From assembly GCF_009914755.1 (NCBI RefSeq), contig NC_060925.1: 64,000 bases of DNA. One strand, written 5' to 3'. Made by a program: the position numbers and the translations under genes. Under the pieces are notes generated by a model, which was not told the origin of the DNA, did not search any database, and worked only from the letters and a program-made list of their open reading frames with translations. The DNA is from the human T2T-CHM13v2.0 reference genome, Homo sapiens. Below, in pieces: positions 1-15,074 of this stretch. Every line of letters starts with the position of its first letter. The stretch's first letter is position 1.

Positions 1-935
1 AATGGGATGTCTTACAGGCACTTCATATTTAGCAGATCCAAAACTTAACTCAGATACTCCTCTTGCCATATCTGTTCCTCTTGCTGTGTTCCTGACCATG
101 ATTATCACCATCACCTACCAGCTGTATAAGCCACACACCTGGGAGTCCTCCTAGCCTTTTTCCTCCTCCTCTCATCCTCCATATCCCATTGACCGTCAGG
201 GCCTACTGAGTCTACACTCCAATTTTCTTTTAAATCTATCCCCACTGCCACTGTCCTAGTCTAAGGCAATACCATCTGGTCACCCAGATCATTCCATAGC
301 TTCCTAGTAAGTAGACCAGCCTTCAGTCTGAGCCCTCCTCGGTCCTTCCTCCCCAGTGCTGCTGGAGTAATCCTTCTAACACAACAATGAAAGCAGGTCA
401 CTGCGGCTCAAATGATGTCAGCGGCTTTATCATCCATGTTGCCTGGCTTTTCACAGGCATGTCTTGCAGTGCAGCCTTATAACTCTCTCAACACAACTCT
501 GTATCCTCCTCATTCTTCATGCTTTTATAATGTCAAGCCATGTGACACTCCCTAAATATACCATGTTTTCTCTTTTTCCTCCTCCCCCTCTCTCATTTGC
601 AGCTTCCCATACTTATCTTCCTAAACACTACTCTTTTTGAAATGTTTATTTCAAGCGTTTCTTATCTTTTAAACCATCTCAGACTCCCCTGGGGATTACC
701 CCTTTTCCTATGTTTTTATTGTAGCATCCTCACAAATTCACTTTAGTTCCTTCGCATTCTGGTGTCGCTATATATTAGTGGGACTATGTCCCCATTAACC
801 TGTTAGATCTCTTGAGAAAAGGGACATGTCTTTTCATCTTGAGTTCCCCAATACTTAGTATTGTGCTTAGCATATGCTAGGTGCTCAGTAAATATTTGAT
901 ATGTGTGTGAACGAATGAATCAATCAATCAATAAC
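1..935 (+). mobile_element. L2 LINE 3' fragment
   Basis: ggatgtcttacaggcacttc...ccaaaacttaactc resembles the L2 ORF2 end; typical L2 terminus gtgctcagtaaatatttg...gaatgaat near 880-930. Confidence 0.7.
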
Positions 936-1084
936 AAATGACAGACAAACTCCAACCCCCAAACCTAAAAAAAAAAAATCCAAACTTTCCCCTTGCTCTT
1001 AGTGTAGATACTGCTCATCAACATAAGGCAAATTCTTCCTGCGCGTCTCAATACAGAGGAGGCGAGAACTCACAGAATCACAGA

Positions 1085-1702
<618 letters not shown>

Positions 1703-3031
1703 TCTTTTGTTTTTAGGTTTTATTTCACTATTGTGTCATCCACTCACTGGAAACTTCTTAGTGTCAAACACCCTTTTAAGAGTCTGTACACATATATACA
1801 AATTTTACAAACAATTGCAAGAGTTTTACACAACTCCCAAAGCAATTTCATGGAATCCATGTTGATAATCTTCACACTAGGAAGTAGAAGAGGAAAGGAA
1901 GACATATCATTCAAACTGTATTTTGCTTTTTGGAAAAAAAATCTGAAATATAATTATAAATTGTAAATCACTAGGTGAAAGATCACAGATGCATCTGAAT
2001 TTCTTAATACCTCTGGCAAAATGCCATCAAACCAAAATACCTATTTAAGAAAGTTGAGAGGTTTGAAAAATTTAGCCCAATGACTTACTTATCCTAACTT
2101 TCTGGTGGATCCAATTTGCCCAACAGTTGTACCCTGGCCAGTGGTTCTAGTGACAAATTTTGGGATAGATAATGTCCATGGGAATTCTTTAACCATAGAG
2201 TGACCTGTGCTGGCACTATTGAAAGACATAGCATAGGAAGATTTTTAATATACGTATACCCCGAAACCTCCTAGAAAATCCTAGAGACTTTCTTTCTTAC
2301 ACAAAGAAGAAGTTACACATTGTAAAGTAAGTGTGTTTCTGAGAGTTAACACATTTGTTAGAAAAACTCAAAAAAAAAAAAACACTGGGCATTATCCCCA
2401 GTCTTCTCCTGTTAGCTGGGATTAGTGTAGGACTAGTGGCTGGAAATGCCTCTTAGACACTGACAACATGGCAATCACAGCCTTATCAGTGCTTGTATTT
2501 CTAATAGAATTTACCAGGCACCAGTTTGTTTTATATCAATACAGGGATGCAGAGTTTTTCTTTTTCAATAAATTAATATTTTAAAATAAATGCACAAGGG
2601 GTTCTCATGATTTGATAACTATGGTGTTGAAATATGTAAAAAGTGAAGAGTTCAATTAGGAATTGTCCACTAATTTGAATATTTTATTTATAAGTTTGAA
2701 TTTTAGCATTTAAGATGTTTAAATAACAAAGTATAGCTATACAAGGTCCAGCTTGTAACAGAGCTTGAGGTCGGTCATCTGTAATGCACTTTTTCTTTCT
2801 AGTTTGGGAAAATACCTCACTTGTTTGACCCTCATCAGGACTGGAATTAATATTTTAACCAAGCAGAAAATTGCTCATCTCAGATTGGCAGCCGTGCCTG
2901 CCAGTATATAGTATTTTCTAGGTGGCCATGATAGATAAGAAGAGAGCGTCACAGTTGGGACAAAGAAACATCTGTTGCATGACCTGAAAGTAACAAATTA
3001 AATGTTTAACTCTCCTGTCATCCTTGGCCAC

Positions 3032-3500
3032 AGTGGTGGAGTCTGCTGATTGTTCCCCATTATCTTCCTTTAATAGGACCCCTTCTGTCAAGTTTTGACA
3101 GGGCCCATGGATGACCAGCAAGAGCCTCCTTTTAGTTATAGGTGGTCATGTGCCCAAGTTCTCACCAGTGAGATGCAAGTAGAAGTGACCTGCAAAACTT
3201 CCCTGTTGCATTACATCCTTAAAATAAATTTGATTAAGTTCTTATTTTCCTCTTTTTCATTCCCAGGGATTAGAATGAAAATGAGATGGTAAATCAGTTT
3301 GCTTCATGGGGATTTAAACAGCATTCTGAGGAAGGGATAAGCCACAGGATAAAAGGAACTACAGCTACCCCTCCACACTGCACTGTTTGCAGATCTCTGG
3401 CCTGTTATTAAAGAGAGACAACGAAACTTCTATCCCATTTAAGCCACTGCTTTTGGACTTCTATATCCAAGCAGCTTAGCTTGTATCCTCAATGAGCCAC
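3032..3500 (+). mobile_element. ERVL-class solo LTR (LTR33-like)
   Basis: ggtggtcatgtgcccaagttctcaccagtgagatgcaagtagaagtg and terminal aaacttctatcccatttaagccactg motifs. Confidence 0.5.
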
Positions 3501-3521
3501 AGTCTCCATTATGATGATACA

Positions 3522-4080
3522 CAGTGGTGTGGATAGCCTCTCAGATGGTCCCCAATGATCCTGCCTCGTGGTATATGTACCTTTGTATAATCCCATTCTC
3601 TTGAATGTGGGTTTGTCTGGTGACTCTCTTCTACCAACAGATTGTGGCAAAGATGGATGATGGGATGTCACTTCACTGATTAAGTGCCAAAAGGTTGCAA
3701 TCTCCTCTTGCTAACAGACTCTCTGCCTTGCTGGCTTTGATGATGCAATTTGCCATGTTGGAGCTGCCTATGTGGCATGAAACTGAAGCAGGCCTCCAGC
3801 CAACAGCCAGCAAGAAACTGAGACCCTCAGTCCAACAGTCCACAGGGATCTCAATCTTGCCAACCACCATGTGAGCCTGGAAATAGATCCTTGCCCAGTT
3901 GAACCTTAAGATCACTACATCGCAGCTGACACCTTGACTGCAAGTCTGTAAGAGACCCTGAAGTGCAGGAACTTGCTAAGCCTGCCCAGACTCTTGACCC
4001 ACGGAAACTGTGAGACAATACATGTGGGTTGTTTTAAGTTTGGGGGTAAGTTGTTATGCAGCCAAAGGTAACTAATGCCA
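3522..4080 (+). mobile_element. MaLR LTR (MLT1F/G-like)
   Basis: gatggtccccaatgatcctgcctc...ttgaatgtggg...gatgggatgtcacttc...gttatgcagc...taactaat. Confidence 0.75.
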
Positions 4081-4480
4081 CAGAGACATCATTTTATTTT
4101 CATACAGTGATATGTAACAGAAGTAGTGTGTTGAAGTCAGAAAGTGAATTTTAAAATATCAGAGAAGGGGATGAGCTTGACACTAACTTAGGACTGCATA
4201 CTGCAAAGGACCTCAGTTCTTTGCTGTGGACACTGAATCCCAGGGTGTGATCCTCTGCTTTGGAGATCCTTAGACTTGATTTATTAGCAAGCCCAGGGTT
4301 GTTCAGGCTCAGGGGAGCTTAACCAGCTAAACAAACTCCGAAGAGAGCTATATCTAAATCAGAATGCCAATTTGTTAATTTACTTTTATAAATAAAACTG
4401 CCAAGTGGATCAGATAAGTTATATCTTTGTATGTTAGTTCTTCAAGGCTGAGTAAAGTGCCACCTTATTTGTTTTTCTAG

Positions 4481-4550
<70 letters not shown>
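4481..4550. repeat. Compound microsatellite (TC)n(AC)n(TC)n
   Basis: Read directly from the sequence. Confidence 0.95.
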
Positions 4551-4552
<2 letters not shown>

Positions 4553-4911
4553 CCTTATTCAGAACAGACTTCTACGCACTCAAATATTGTATCTCCTGAT
4601 ATATTGATGCCATTGAGTAGGCCACAGCTTGCTTTTCCAAGCAGCCATGCTCTATATCTGGTTAAACACACTTGGGGTAGACACCTGGAAGCCCAAGTGA
4701 GCATGGATCTTCCTGTCTAGCCCCCTTCCTTGGAACTGGGTCCTTCTCAGCTGCAAGATGACTTTTCATCCACATTCTTTTGGAGTTCTAGGACAAGGCT
4801 CCAGCTGGACTCTGGTCATTAATGCCAACCATCTGCAGTAACTCCATGCCTGTGCCTACACTGGCTTTCTATTTGCTCCTACCTCCTGCTTACAATGACT
4901 CCTTTACCCAT

Positions 4912-5430
4912 TGTAACAGACTCTTCTGGTGCCCCATCTCACATTATCTCTGCCTAGCTTTTACTCCAGCCACCGTACTGACAACCAGCTCCAGGCAGGT
5001 GTAAACCTGACAGCATGTTGCTTCAGCTGCACCTTGTTATCATCTGATTTTTCTGGGGCTTCTCAGAGGCCTTAGGGTAGAACACCTGTGGAAAGCTGCC
5101 TGGCACTCACACTGCTGCAGCCTCACAAGAAAGAGTTCAAGCCCCACTAAGACAATCCTTGACTTCCCCCTTAAGTGGAAGAAGAAGGTGGACAAATTCT
5201 GAGGTTCATTTTACATGGCATTTCAGAAGTTTCTGAGGGCAGGATAGAACCCTATTCAATCACAGTAGAGATCACTCAAGAGCATACCTTTTCATTAACT
5301 TTTTTGCCTTCCTTGTTTCAATCTCCCCATTTCCCCACTCCTACTCACTAGGATCTTTTCCTCAAATCAACTAACTGCATGCAAGCCATCGCCTCAGGCT
5401 CTGCTTTCTGAAAGAACCCTGGTGAAGCTT
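4912..5430 (+). mobile_element. ERVL LTR (LTR16-like)
   Basis: Start tgtaacagactcttctggtgcccc; end gcctcaggctctgctttctgaaagaaccc resembles the LTR16 terminus. Confidence 0.55.
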
Positions 5431-5750
5431 ACCCCTCTCTAATGCTGTCATTCACTGATGGCCCTGCCACTGCTCCATTGAGGTCTCTGGCCTCTGGCTC
5501 TTCTCCTCCACGGCTACTCCTGTTGCCATTGTCCTACACAGCAAGGATGACCCCATCTGCCACCCAAGCATTACAGACTGCTTTGATCTTCTCTAATTAA
5601 ATGGCCTCCACCCCACTTCAGCATCCCCACTGGAAATAAACATTACCCTGAACAGGTCTATTTCTGAAATCTTTAACATCAATATCTTAGCTTTGTACAT
5701 CAATATTCACCTATGGGTCCTATTTCCTCATTCTTATTCCCACTTTCTAG

Positions 5751-6139
<389 letters not shown>

Positions 6140-7411
6140 TTCTCCTTCCTAGATTTTATGGTTATTTATTTCAGTCACTCTCCAGAAAGGCTCTTGCCTC
6201 CCTACGCCTGTATATTTTGCCTTCTGAAACTTATTTTTTATCATCCAAATCATCCAATGATTCCACTTATAATCAAGCAGATGAGCACTGCTGCAGAAAA
6301 TCACATTATCAGGCAGATGCTGTCACTCTATGTATGAACACAAAGCTCAGCTGAACCTTCCTCACCCACCAACCCTGTCTGATTATGTGTCCTGCTTCCA
6401 TGCTATATAGCACACTGTGCATTGGACACATAGACACATCATTTAGCACTTATTTAATGAGCACCTATTATATGTCAGGTGTTGCATTAAGTGTTTGGGG
6501 TGAAATTCTGAATGGCTAATAGGGAAATACGTCCCTGTTCTTTGGGAGGCCTACATTGTTCTCTGATATACTGCACTCTAGTCATTGTACTATGCTTGTC
6601 TGTTCTCATTATTAGACTGATTTTGTCTTATTTATATTTTGGATCCAAAGTATATGGCATGTAGTAGGGGTTCTATTTTTGTTGTATAAGTGAACAAATG
6701 AGTGAAAAAGATAACTACTGCTGATTAATAAGCATACCTCTAATATTCAAACATTCCTATTCAACACTCAAAGGGTAATCTGTTCTCAATGTGGGCCCTC
6801 AGGTACTGACTGCAGGGTGCATGAGAAGAAAAAAAACGCATTTGATTTGACTTCACTACCCAATGTGTTTATTGTCATTTTCCATTAAGATGCCAAGTTT
6901 TGAAAAAAATTAGTGAAGAAGTTTAGAACAAATGATTCTTGACATCGTACATTTCCCCTCGTATAATTTGTGTGGGCTTCCCTTCCCATGTATGCTAAGT
7001 TCTGTATCTTTTGGTCTCTGCCTCCATGTGTTTCTGCAGGTCTTTTCTAGTTAGGTGCTCTGTCTGCTCTCAACATTAATTCCTGGGTTGGGGCAGTGAG
7101 TACTGGGGTGTCTAGGAACACAAGTTAGCATCCAGCTGCCTATTTATCAGAGAAGACCTCCTTGGCCAAATGGGCCAACAAGTCATGGGAAAGGCATGAA
7201 TGTGAGGACAGGCTTGAGACAGAGAAGGAGCAAGATCCCTTCCTTCAAACCCCATCCTAATATGTCCAGAACGCTTTCATAATGGAGTCTTTTTATCTAA
7301 TTACTACATTGGTGTGGTAATTGGGGATATGGTCCCAGAAAGCCTGGGTGAATAGCAGTAATCATGCAATAAAGGAAAAGAAGGAAAAGGCAAAGAGAAA
7401 CAGCCTCTCCT

Positions 7412-8247
<836 letters not shown>

Positions 8248-8879
8248 TAGAGTTTCCTTGTATGTGTACTAGACTGTGAACACTTTGGAGAGACATTTTC
8301 TTATTTATGTAACTCCTAGGACATGGCTATTATTACTCATCCAATGATTTCTGGGTTAATTAATTTTTTTCATCTCCATAATGTATAATATTCAGATCGA
8401 GGAAAAGAATTTCAAATCCAATATGTAATATGCCAGCATGTTACTATTATTTTGAAGATTGGTCAAGAAATTCTCAGAGAAGAACTTAAAGTAAAATTAA
8501 TTTATTTGATATGAATAAAAAACATATTTTGCTAAATTACCCATTTTTTTTTGATAGGCAGCATAAGTAAGGTGAGGGATGTAAAGTTAACCACCCTTTG
8601 ATTGCATGTCCCAACTTTAGAGAGTTGATGGCTGAGGGGTGCCATTGAGATGCTGCAGGGCAGCCCCCTGACTCAGAAACTCTGGGCTCCTCCAGAGAGA
8701 AAGAGATGCTGTCAAACTACAGGCTTAGATTGAGATTAGGTTTCAGCTGAGCATAAGGAAACGGGAATTTGTTGCCGAAGGGTGGAAACCTGAGGATGTG
8801 GGACTTTCCTTTCCAGCCTCTTGGCTAAACCTGCCCTTCCCCTCCCACACCCAGACAAAATAAGCTCCTTTCTCAACAC

Positions 8880-9230
8880 TCCTCAAGCTGTCTGTGCTTT
8901 CTCTACTTCCTTATCTTTGAATCTGTTGTTACCCCTGCTCAAAAGATCCCCACTCTCACCTTCCCACCTCTTCCCTAGTTATCTTAGATAAACAAATAAA
9001 TGTGCTAGGGGATTTGGGAATATTGTCCCATTTCGCTCTGTACTTCCCCTGCAATTTATGCACATTCTATTCAAGTTGCTTGTTTAATCATTTACTTGTT
9101 CTCCCACCAGACCACAGACTTCATGAGGGTGGGAACCATGTCCAACTTGTTTCCTATTGTAGGCCTGGCCCTCAGCTTCATGTCTGTCTCATAGTAGGTG
9201 TACAGCAAATGCTCAGTGAATGAATGAATA
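8880..9230 (+). mobile_element. L2 3' end
   Basis: catgagggtgggaaccatgtc...atagtaggtg...tgaatgaatgaat. Confidence 0.65.
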
Positions 9231-10678
9231 TTCAGGCTCTCCCTCTACATATGGCGTATCCTTCATCCTTTTGAAGTGATCACTTTACCCAAGTTTTGCT
9301 TGAATCCTCCTGCCTAATTTGGATTTAGAGATGCCACTCCCTGCCATACATTCCACTGCAAAATTTGCCAAACCATTTTGACATCAAAACTCCTTTAAAA
9401 TTAGAATGTACTGACAGAGCATTGACAAAAGGTCAGGAGATGTAATAGAGGCTTGGTTTCTATTTATGCCAGAAAAGGGACAGACAAAACAATTGCTATC
9501 ATAAATGATTAAAATTTTATCAGTTTTCTTTTTTTGAACATTATGTGACAGTGAAAAAACATTTCTACATAGTCCTGCATGGATTTCTAGGGAGAGTATT
9601 TTGTTTGCCAAGTGGGGAATGGGGTGGGTGGGGGTGGGGGTTGAATATACTGAAGTAGATCTCAAGGAGCTGGAGGACTGGAAGGCAATACCAGTGAGGG
9701 AAGGAGGGAAAGGCAGATGGGGAAACAGGGACACACAGACCTGGCAGCTGGCAGACTAGACCAGTCTTGGAGAGCAATTACCCAAGGGAAATTTTTTAAT
9801 GAAGTCATCCATGATTCACCATGAAATCTTTGGTGAAATCTGCCTTGCACACTAATACCCTGTGGAGTGGATTTTATATTACGGAAACCGGGAGAAGAAC
9901 TGTCAGTATTAGCACAGGGCAAACACAGAGGATGCTGTGGAGAGAGACAACTTTCTGAGTGCCCCAAGGAAGGCCCACCTCAGCATTGTGGCACATCTAA
10001 AAAAAACACAAGTCCGGCTTTGAAAGTCTTAAAGACTAATAATGATTATTATTGAAGATTATTTTGGTGCTACTGCTTTTCTATGAGCAGAAAAAGAGAG
10101 AATTATACTGCAAAGCACAGAGAAAAACCAAGCAGTTTTTCCTCATCCTTCTCAGTACGGAACAACATTATTGACGGATGCTGCTTCCAGTTCCTTTCTC
10201 TGCCTGTCTTTCCAGAACTTTGATGCCCTCTCCCTGTCTTTAAGTTTGTGTCATTCTTCGTGATCTTTTTCTATGAGCTCATTGATGTTTGCGTGGTTTC
10301 TCTCAACCTTTAATTTGCCTTTTTATCCCATCAGCACCACAAAGGTACAAGGAGCTAAATGTAAAACATAGGATATTCTTTAGAAGGAGTGACAAGAGAA
10401 AGGATATAATATTTAAGGTTTCACAGTTGTTGTCTTCCTTCTAAAATTGTCACACAAAAATTAGAAAAGTGGAATATTTTAAGAGAAAACATAAAAATCT
10501 TATTTTACATGTTAATGTAAAATGTGACATCAAAAAAAAAAACCCTTTTGACAAAAACAATGTTTTGTGTCTAATTTTGGAAATGATATATTGCTGAATT
10601 AAAATCCAAATTTGAAGTGCAGCATCTAATCTCTTCCACATTTTCCTTTCATTTCAAAGAAAAATAAAAAATCCATGG

Positions 10679-11076
<398 letters not shown>

Positions 11077-11648
11077 TGACTTAGATTATTCTGGAATAAT
11101 TCAGTGTTTCATTTTGGGCATCTTACTCCCAGGCATGTTTAGAAAGCAAAGCTTTAACGTTCATTTTGATGTATTCCAACTTCTGCTTGATTGTGACACA
11201 GTTTGAGAATCTCAACACTCTTTTTTGTTGTTTGGAAAGGTCCTTTTTTGAGTCACAGATCTATGGAGCATAAATTTGTGTAGCATAAGTATTTAATATA
11301 AAAGAAACATTAAATATTCATTTATGTTGAAATTGTAAGACAAGATAGATAACACACAGCAGCGGACACTGAATAAATGACATAGATCAACCTGTAATCA
11401 ATGCTATTTATGCATCACTATAGATGGTGAACATTTTGCATGCTCATATTAAGTAATAATCTTTCAAGGAAAGTGTTCTTGGATATGGCAGATTATTGCA
11501 TATTTGGGGTCATTATATAAGAGCATATTTTGGATTTCCTTGTCTGAGAATATTGAGATGAAAAACAATTACTATCATTGTGTCAATTTGTTTCCTAAAG
11601 TGTCAGTTAATGTCTTGAGGCACAGTAGTGCTTTTGGGAAATGCTGCC

Positions 11649-12165
11649 TGTGGCAGACCAACTCTAAGAGGGACCTCAATGAGCCCTGCTTCCTGGTATT
11701 CATGCCCTTGTTTAATCCCTTTTCCTTGAGTGTGCATGGAACTTGTGACTGCTTCTAATGAGCAGAGAAAGCAAAGAGGATGGGATGTCATTTTTATGAT
11801 TAGGTTACATAACATAGTAACTTCTGACCTGCTAGCAGACTCTCTCATTTGCTGGATTTAATCAGAAAACTGTCATGTCAAAGAGGCCTGCATGGTAAGG
11901 AATGGTAAGGAGAGCCAACAAGGAAATGAATCCTGCCAACAACCTCATCAGCTTGGAAGCAGATTCTTCCCCAGTTGAGCCTTCATACAAGACCCCAGAT
12001 CTGGCAGACACTTTGATTGCAGTCTTAGGAGACATCCTGAAGCGGAGGACCCAGACAGGCTGTGCTTGGATCTCAGTCCACAGAAACTGTGAGATAATAA
12101 CTGTGTGTTGTTAAAAGCCACTAGCCTTATGGTTATTTGTTACACAGTAATAGGTAACAAATATA
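11649..12165 (+). mobile_element. MaLR LTR (MLT1F/G-like)
   Basis: tgtggcagac...ctggtattcatgcccttg...gatgggatgtca...cagaaactgtgagataataa; paralogous to 3522-4080. Confidence 0.75.
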
Positions 12166-12584
12166 CCTCCCTAACTTGAATTGTAAGTCAGAGTGTAAGT
12201 ATTAATCCTGAAAAATTTGCAGTCTTTATAAAGAATGTTCACGAAGCCAGGGGCTTCCAAGTAAAATCTGAATTACTGGTAAAATATTTTCCTTTTCTCT
12301 TTTTTTCCTTTTGGCAAATGCTGGAGGTTTTTTGGATGACATAAATGTATGTTATGGATGTTAAATAATCTTGCCTTAAGTTGATCCTTTTAATGTGAAT
12401 TAACAAACTACTAATCCTTAAAGATTGACCCTAGCAGAATTTCCAGCTCTTCTCTGGACATTTAAAGGAGCTAGAAACCTGGTTTCCTTTGTACTTCACC
12501 TTGCCCCTTTTAGACTTGTCCAATTAAACAAGTTGCCTCATTCTCCAACTTCTACTCAGGCAGCTTTGGATCCAAATAAAGACA

Positions 12585-12745
12585 ACAGCATCTAATATTT
12601 ATTAAGATATAAGTGCCAGGCACTGTACTATGTACTTTACATTGACTGATTGATTTAACATTCATGGCAATTGCCTGAGACAGGTAATATTACTATCTCC
12701 ATTATACAGATGTGAAGACTGAGGTACACAAGTTAGATAACTGTT
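12585..12745 (-). mobile_element. MIR
   Basis: gtgccaggcactgtacta...ccattatacagatgtgaagactgagg. Confidence 0.7.
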
Positions 12746-13191
12746 ACTCCTCCTCCTCCTCCTGTCCCCTGCTCCAGCACCCTGGCATCTCCAGCAGATG
12801 TTGACTCACTTATGGTTCTTGTTGGCTCTGTCCTGGGTCACTCTTACTCAAGACCGATAATGTCTTCCTGGATAGTAGACTGTTCCTAACCTGGGGTGTA
12901 TGCCATAGTCCCTTAGGTTTTTCAAAGTACATTGAATCAGATCTATGTATTGGGGGCCCCAGGAAATTATATTTTGACAAATCTCCCCAGTGAAATCAAA
13001 CAATCGTCCTAAGCATCTCTTGTCTAGTAGATGTGGGAGATGCACTGCGAGTCAGAAGTCCAAGGCTTTCTACACATGCAGCAACGATGACCACATGAAT
13101 TTCAACCAGTCATCAGCTGCAGTTCTCAGGATGAGAATGAGGATACTTCACAGACTTCTCAAATTATGCTACTGTGTAAAAAGAATGTGCT

Positions 13192-13605
13192 TGATATAGT
13201 TTGAATATATGTCCCCTCTAAATCTCATGTTGAATTGTAATCCCCAATGTTAGAGGTGGCCTGGTGGGAGGTGACTTGATCATGGGGTAGATTTCTCATG
13301 AATGGGTTAGTGCCATCCTCTTGGTGCTATCCTTACAATAGTGAGTGAGTTCTTGCGAGATCTGGTTGTTTAAAAGTGTGTAGCACCTTCCCCTGCCTCT
13401 TGCTCTTGTTCCTGCCATTTAAGACACGTGCTCCTCCTTCACCTTCTGCCATGATTGTTAGTTTCCAGAGGCCTCTGCAGAAGGAAATCTTGGTGCTATG
13501 CTTTCTGTACAGCCTGCAGAACCATGAACCAATTAAACTTCTTTTCTTTATACATTACCCAGTCTCATGTATTCTTTTATAGCAATGCAAGAATGGCCTA
13601 ATACA
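13192..13605 (+). mobile_element. MaLR LTR (MSTA-like)
   Basis: tgatatagtttgaatatatgtcccc...gcctaataca; 5-bp TSD gtgct/gtgca. Confidence 0.88.
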
Positions 13606-14897
13606 GTGCAGATCTGCTGCATGGTTATAACCATTTTAGCTACTTCCAGCATAGATGAAGGCCAGCATGGGTATTCATGCTGATTTGGAGAGAGTAGTTT
13701 CAGGGTAGGTGCATCTTACCCCTTCCCTTCCCTTTATATCCATCCTGGTGGTAGGTGGCAGAGGTACAGGCTGAAGGTGGGGTGGGGGTGTTTCTGTTCT
13801 TTACCCTCATCAACCCAGGCCCTAATACACAGATGGCCAAATGCCACTCATTCATGATGCTGCCCTAAAGTAATGCCAAACAAATTGTTTATCAGTTTAT
13901 CAGTGTTTTATTGTCATTTTTGAAAGCCCCATCCTTCAAATTATAATAAGTATTAAGAAGTACAACTCCAGGACTTTTTCTGGACTCCTATAAGTCTGTA
14001 GGGATGGGGTGGGGGCAGTTTAAAAATACAAAAGGGAAAGCTACTGATGAATTTGATCTTTTTGGCTTGACCCCTGGCTGATCATCCACATTCCCTGGCC
14101 ACATTAGATGGTTTAGAATTACTGACCAAGGTGGGAAGTCCATCCTCATTAAAGCAAGGAGCATTTTTCCTTCCAAAGCATTTGTACTGTTTGTGTAGAG
14201 TGTACCTTTATCCTGTGTGGCATAAGAGAATGCACACAGGAAACATTAGGCCTAATGCTAATCCATTAACAGGCAGGCAGACTCTGTACCCACCTGAGCT
14301 ATTACCTAGGCATGTGATATATTTAAAATTGTTTTCTTCTTTGGCTATACCTGCCATAAATTCTTCACTTTGAACTCTTTTTTGCCTATGGTATCACAAT
14401 ATCACAATATATGAGGTTTCTCTCTAAAGATTTTTTTTCTGTTTCTCCCAAGAGCATAAGAACTCTCTTACTGAATACCAATAATGCAAATTTTTTATTC
14501 TGAGACGAAAATATCCTCACTTTTTCCCTCCTTCCCTCTCTCACTTTACAAAGTGCAGAAGTGAAGGAGAAGGGCAGGCTTCTCTATGTCGTTCTCTCTC
14601 CTAAGCAACACCATCATATTAGAAAACTTTGATATGAACAGAAAAACCCAGATAATAATGATGGTGACTTACATTGTAGATCATGTGCAAAGAGAAGATG
14701 CTAACTAACCAACTAATGACAAAATGATGTCCTGCATTTCTGCAGCTCATTTCCTTAGTCACGCTACAATGTTGGTAAATATTAGCAGATTTCCTCTACC
14801 TTCTCAGGTGACAATTAGTCAGTTGGAGAAACTAACCTGCATTTGTGGTGGAGGCTACGGAAAGAACCCTCCCACTCTGTTAAGTAACTTATTTGCC

Positions 14898-15074
14898 TTT
14901 TTTTTTTTTTTTTTTGAGACAGGGTCTCACTTTGTCACTCAGGCTGGAGTGCGGTGGTGCAATCTCGGCTCACTACAACCTTGACCTCCTGGGTTCAAGG
15001 TATCCTCCTGCCCCAGCCCCCCAAAGCAGCTGGGACTACTAGGTGTATGCCACCACGCCTGGCTGATTTTTGTA
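14898..15074 (-). mobile_element. 5'-truncated Alu (right monomer)
   Basis: Single monomer plus part of the linker; TSD acttatttgcc/acttatttgtc. Confidence 0.9.

Noticed and set aside
10076-10278. ttttctatgagc repeated 190 bp apart as a possible TSD
   Set aside because: No poly(A) tail or recognisable element between the copies; may be chance.
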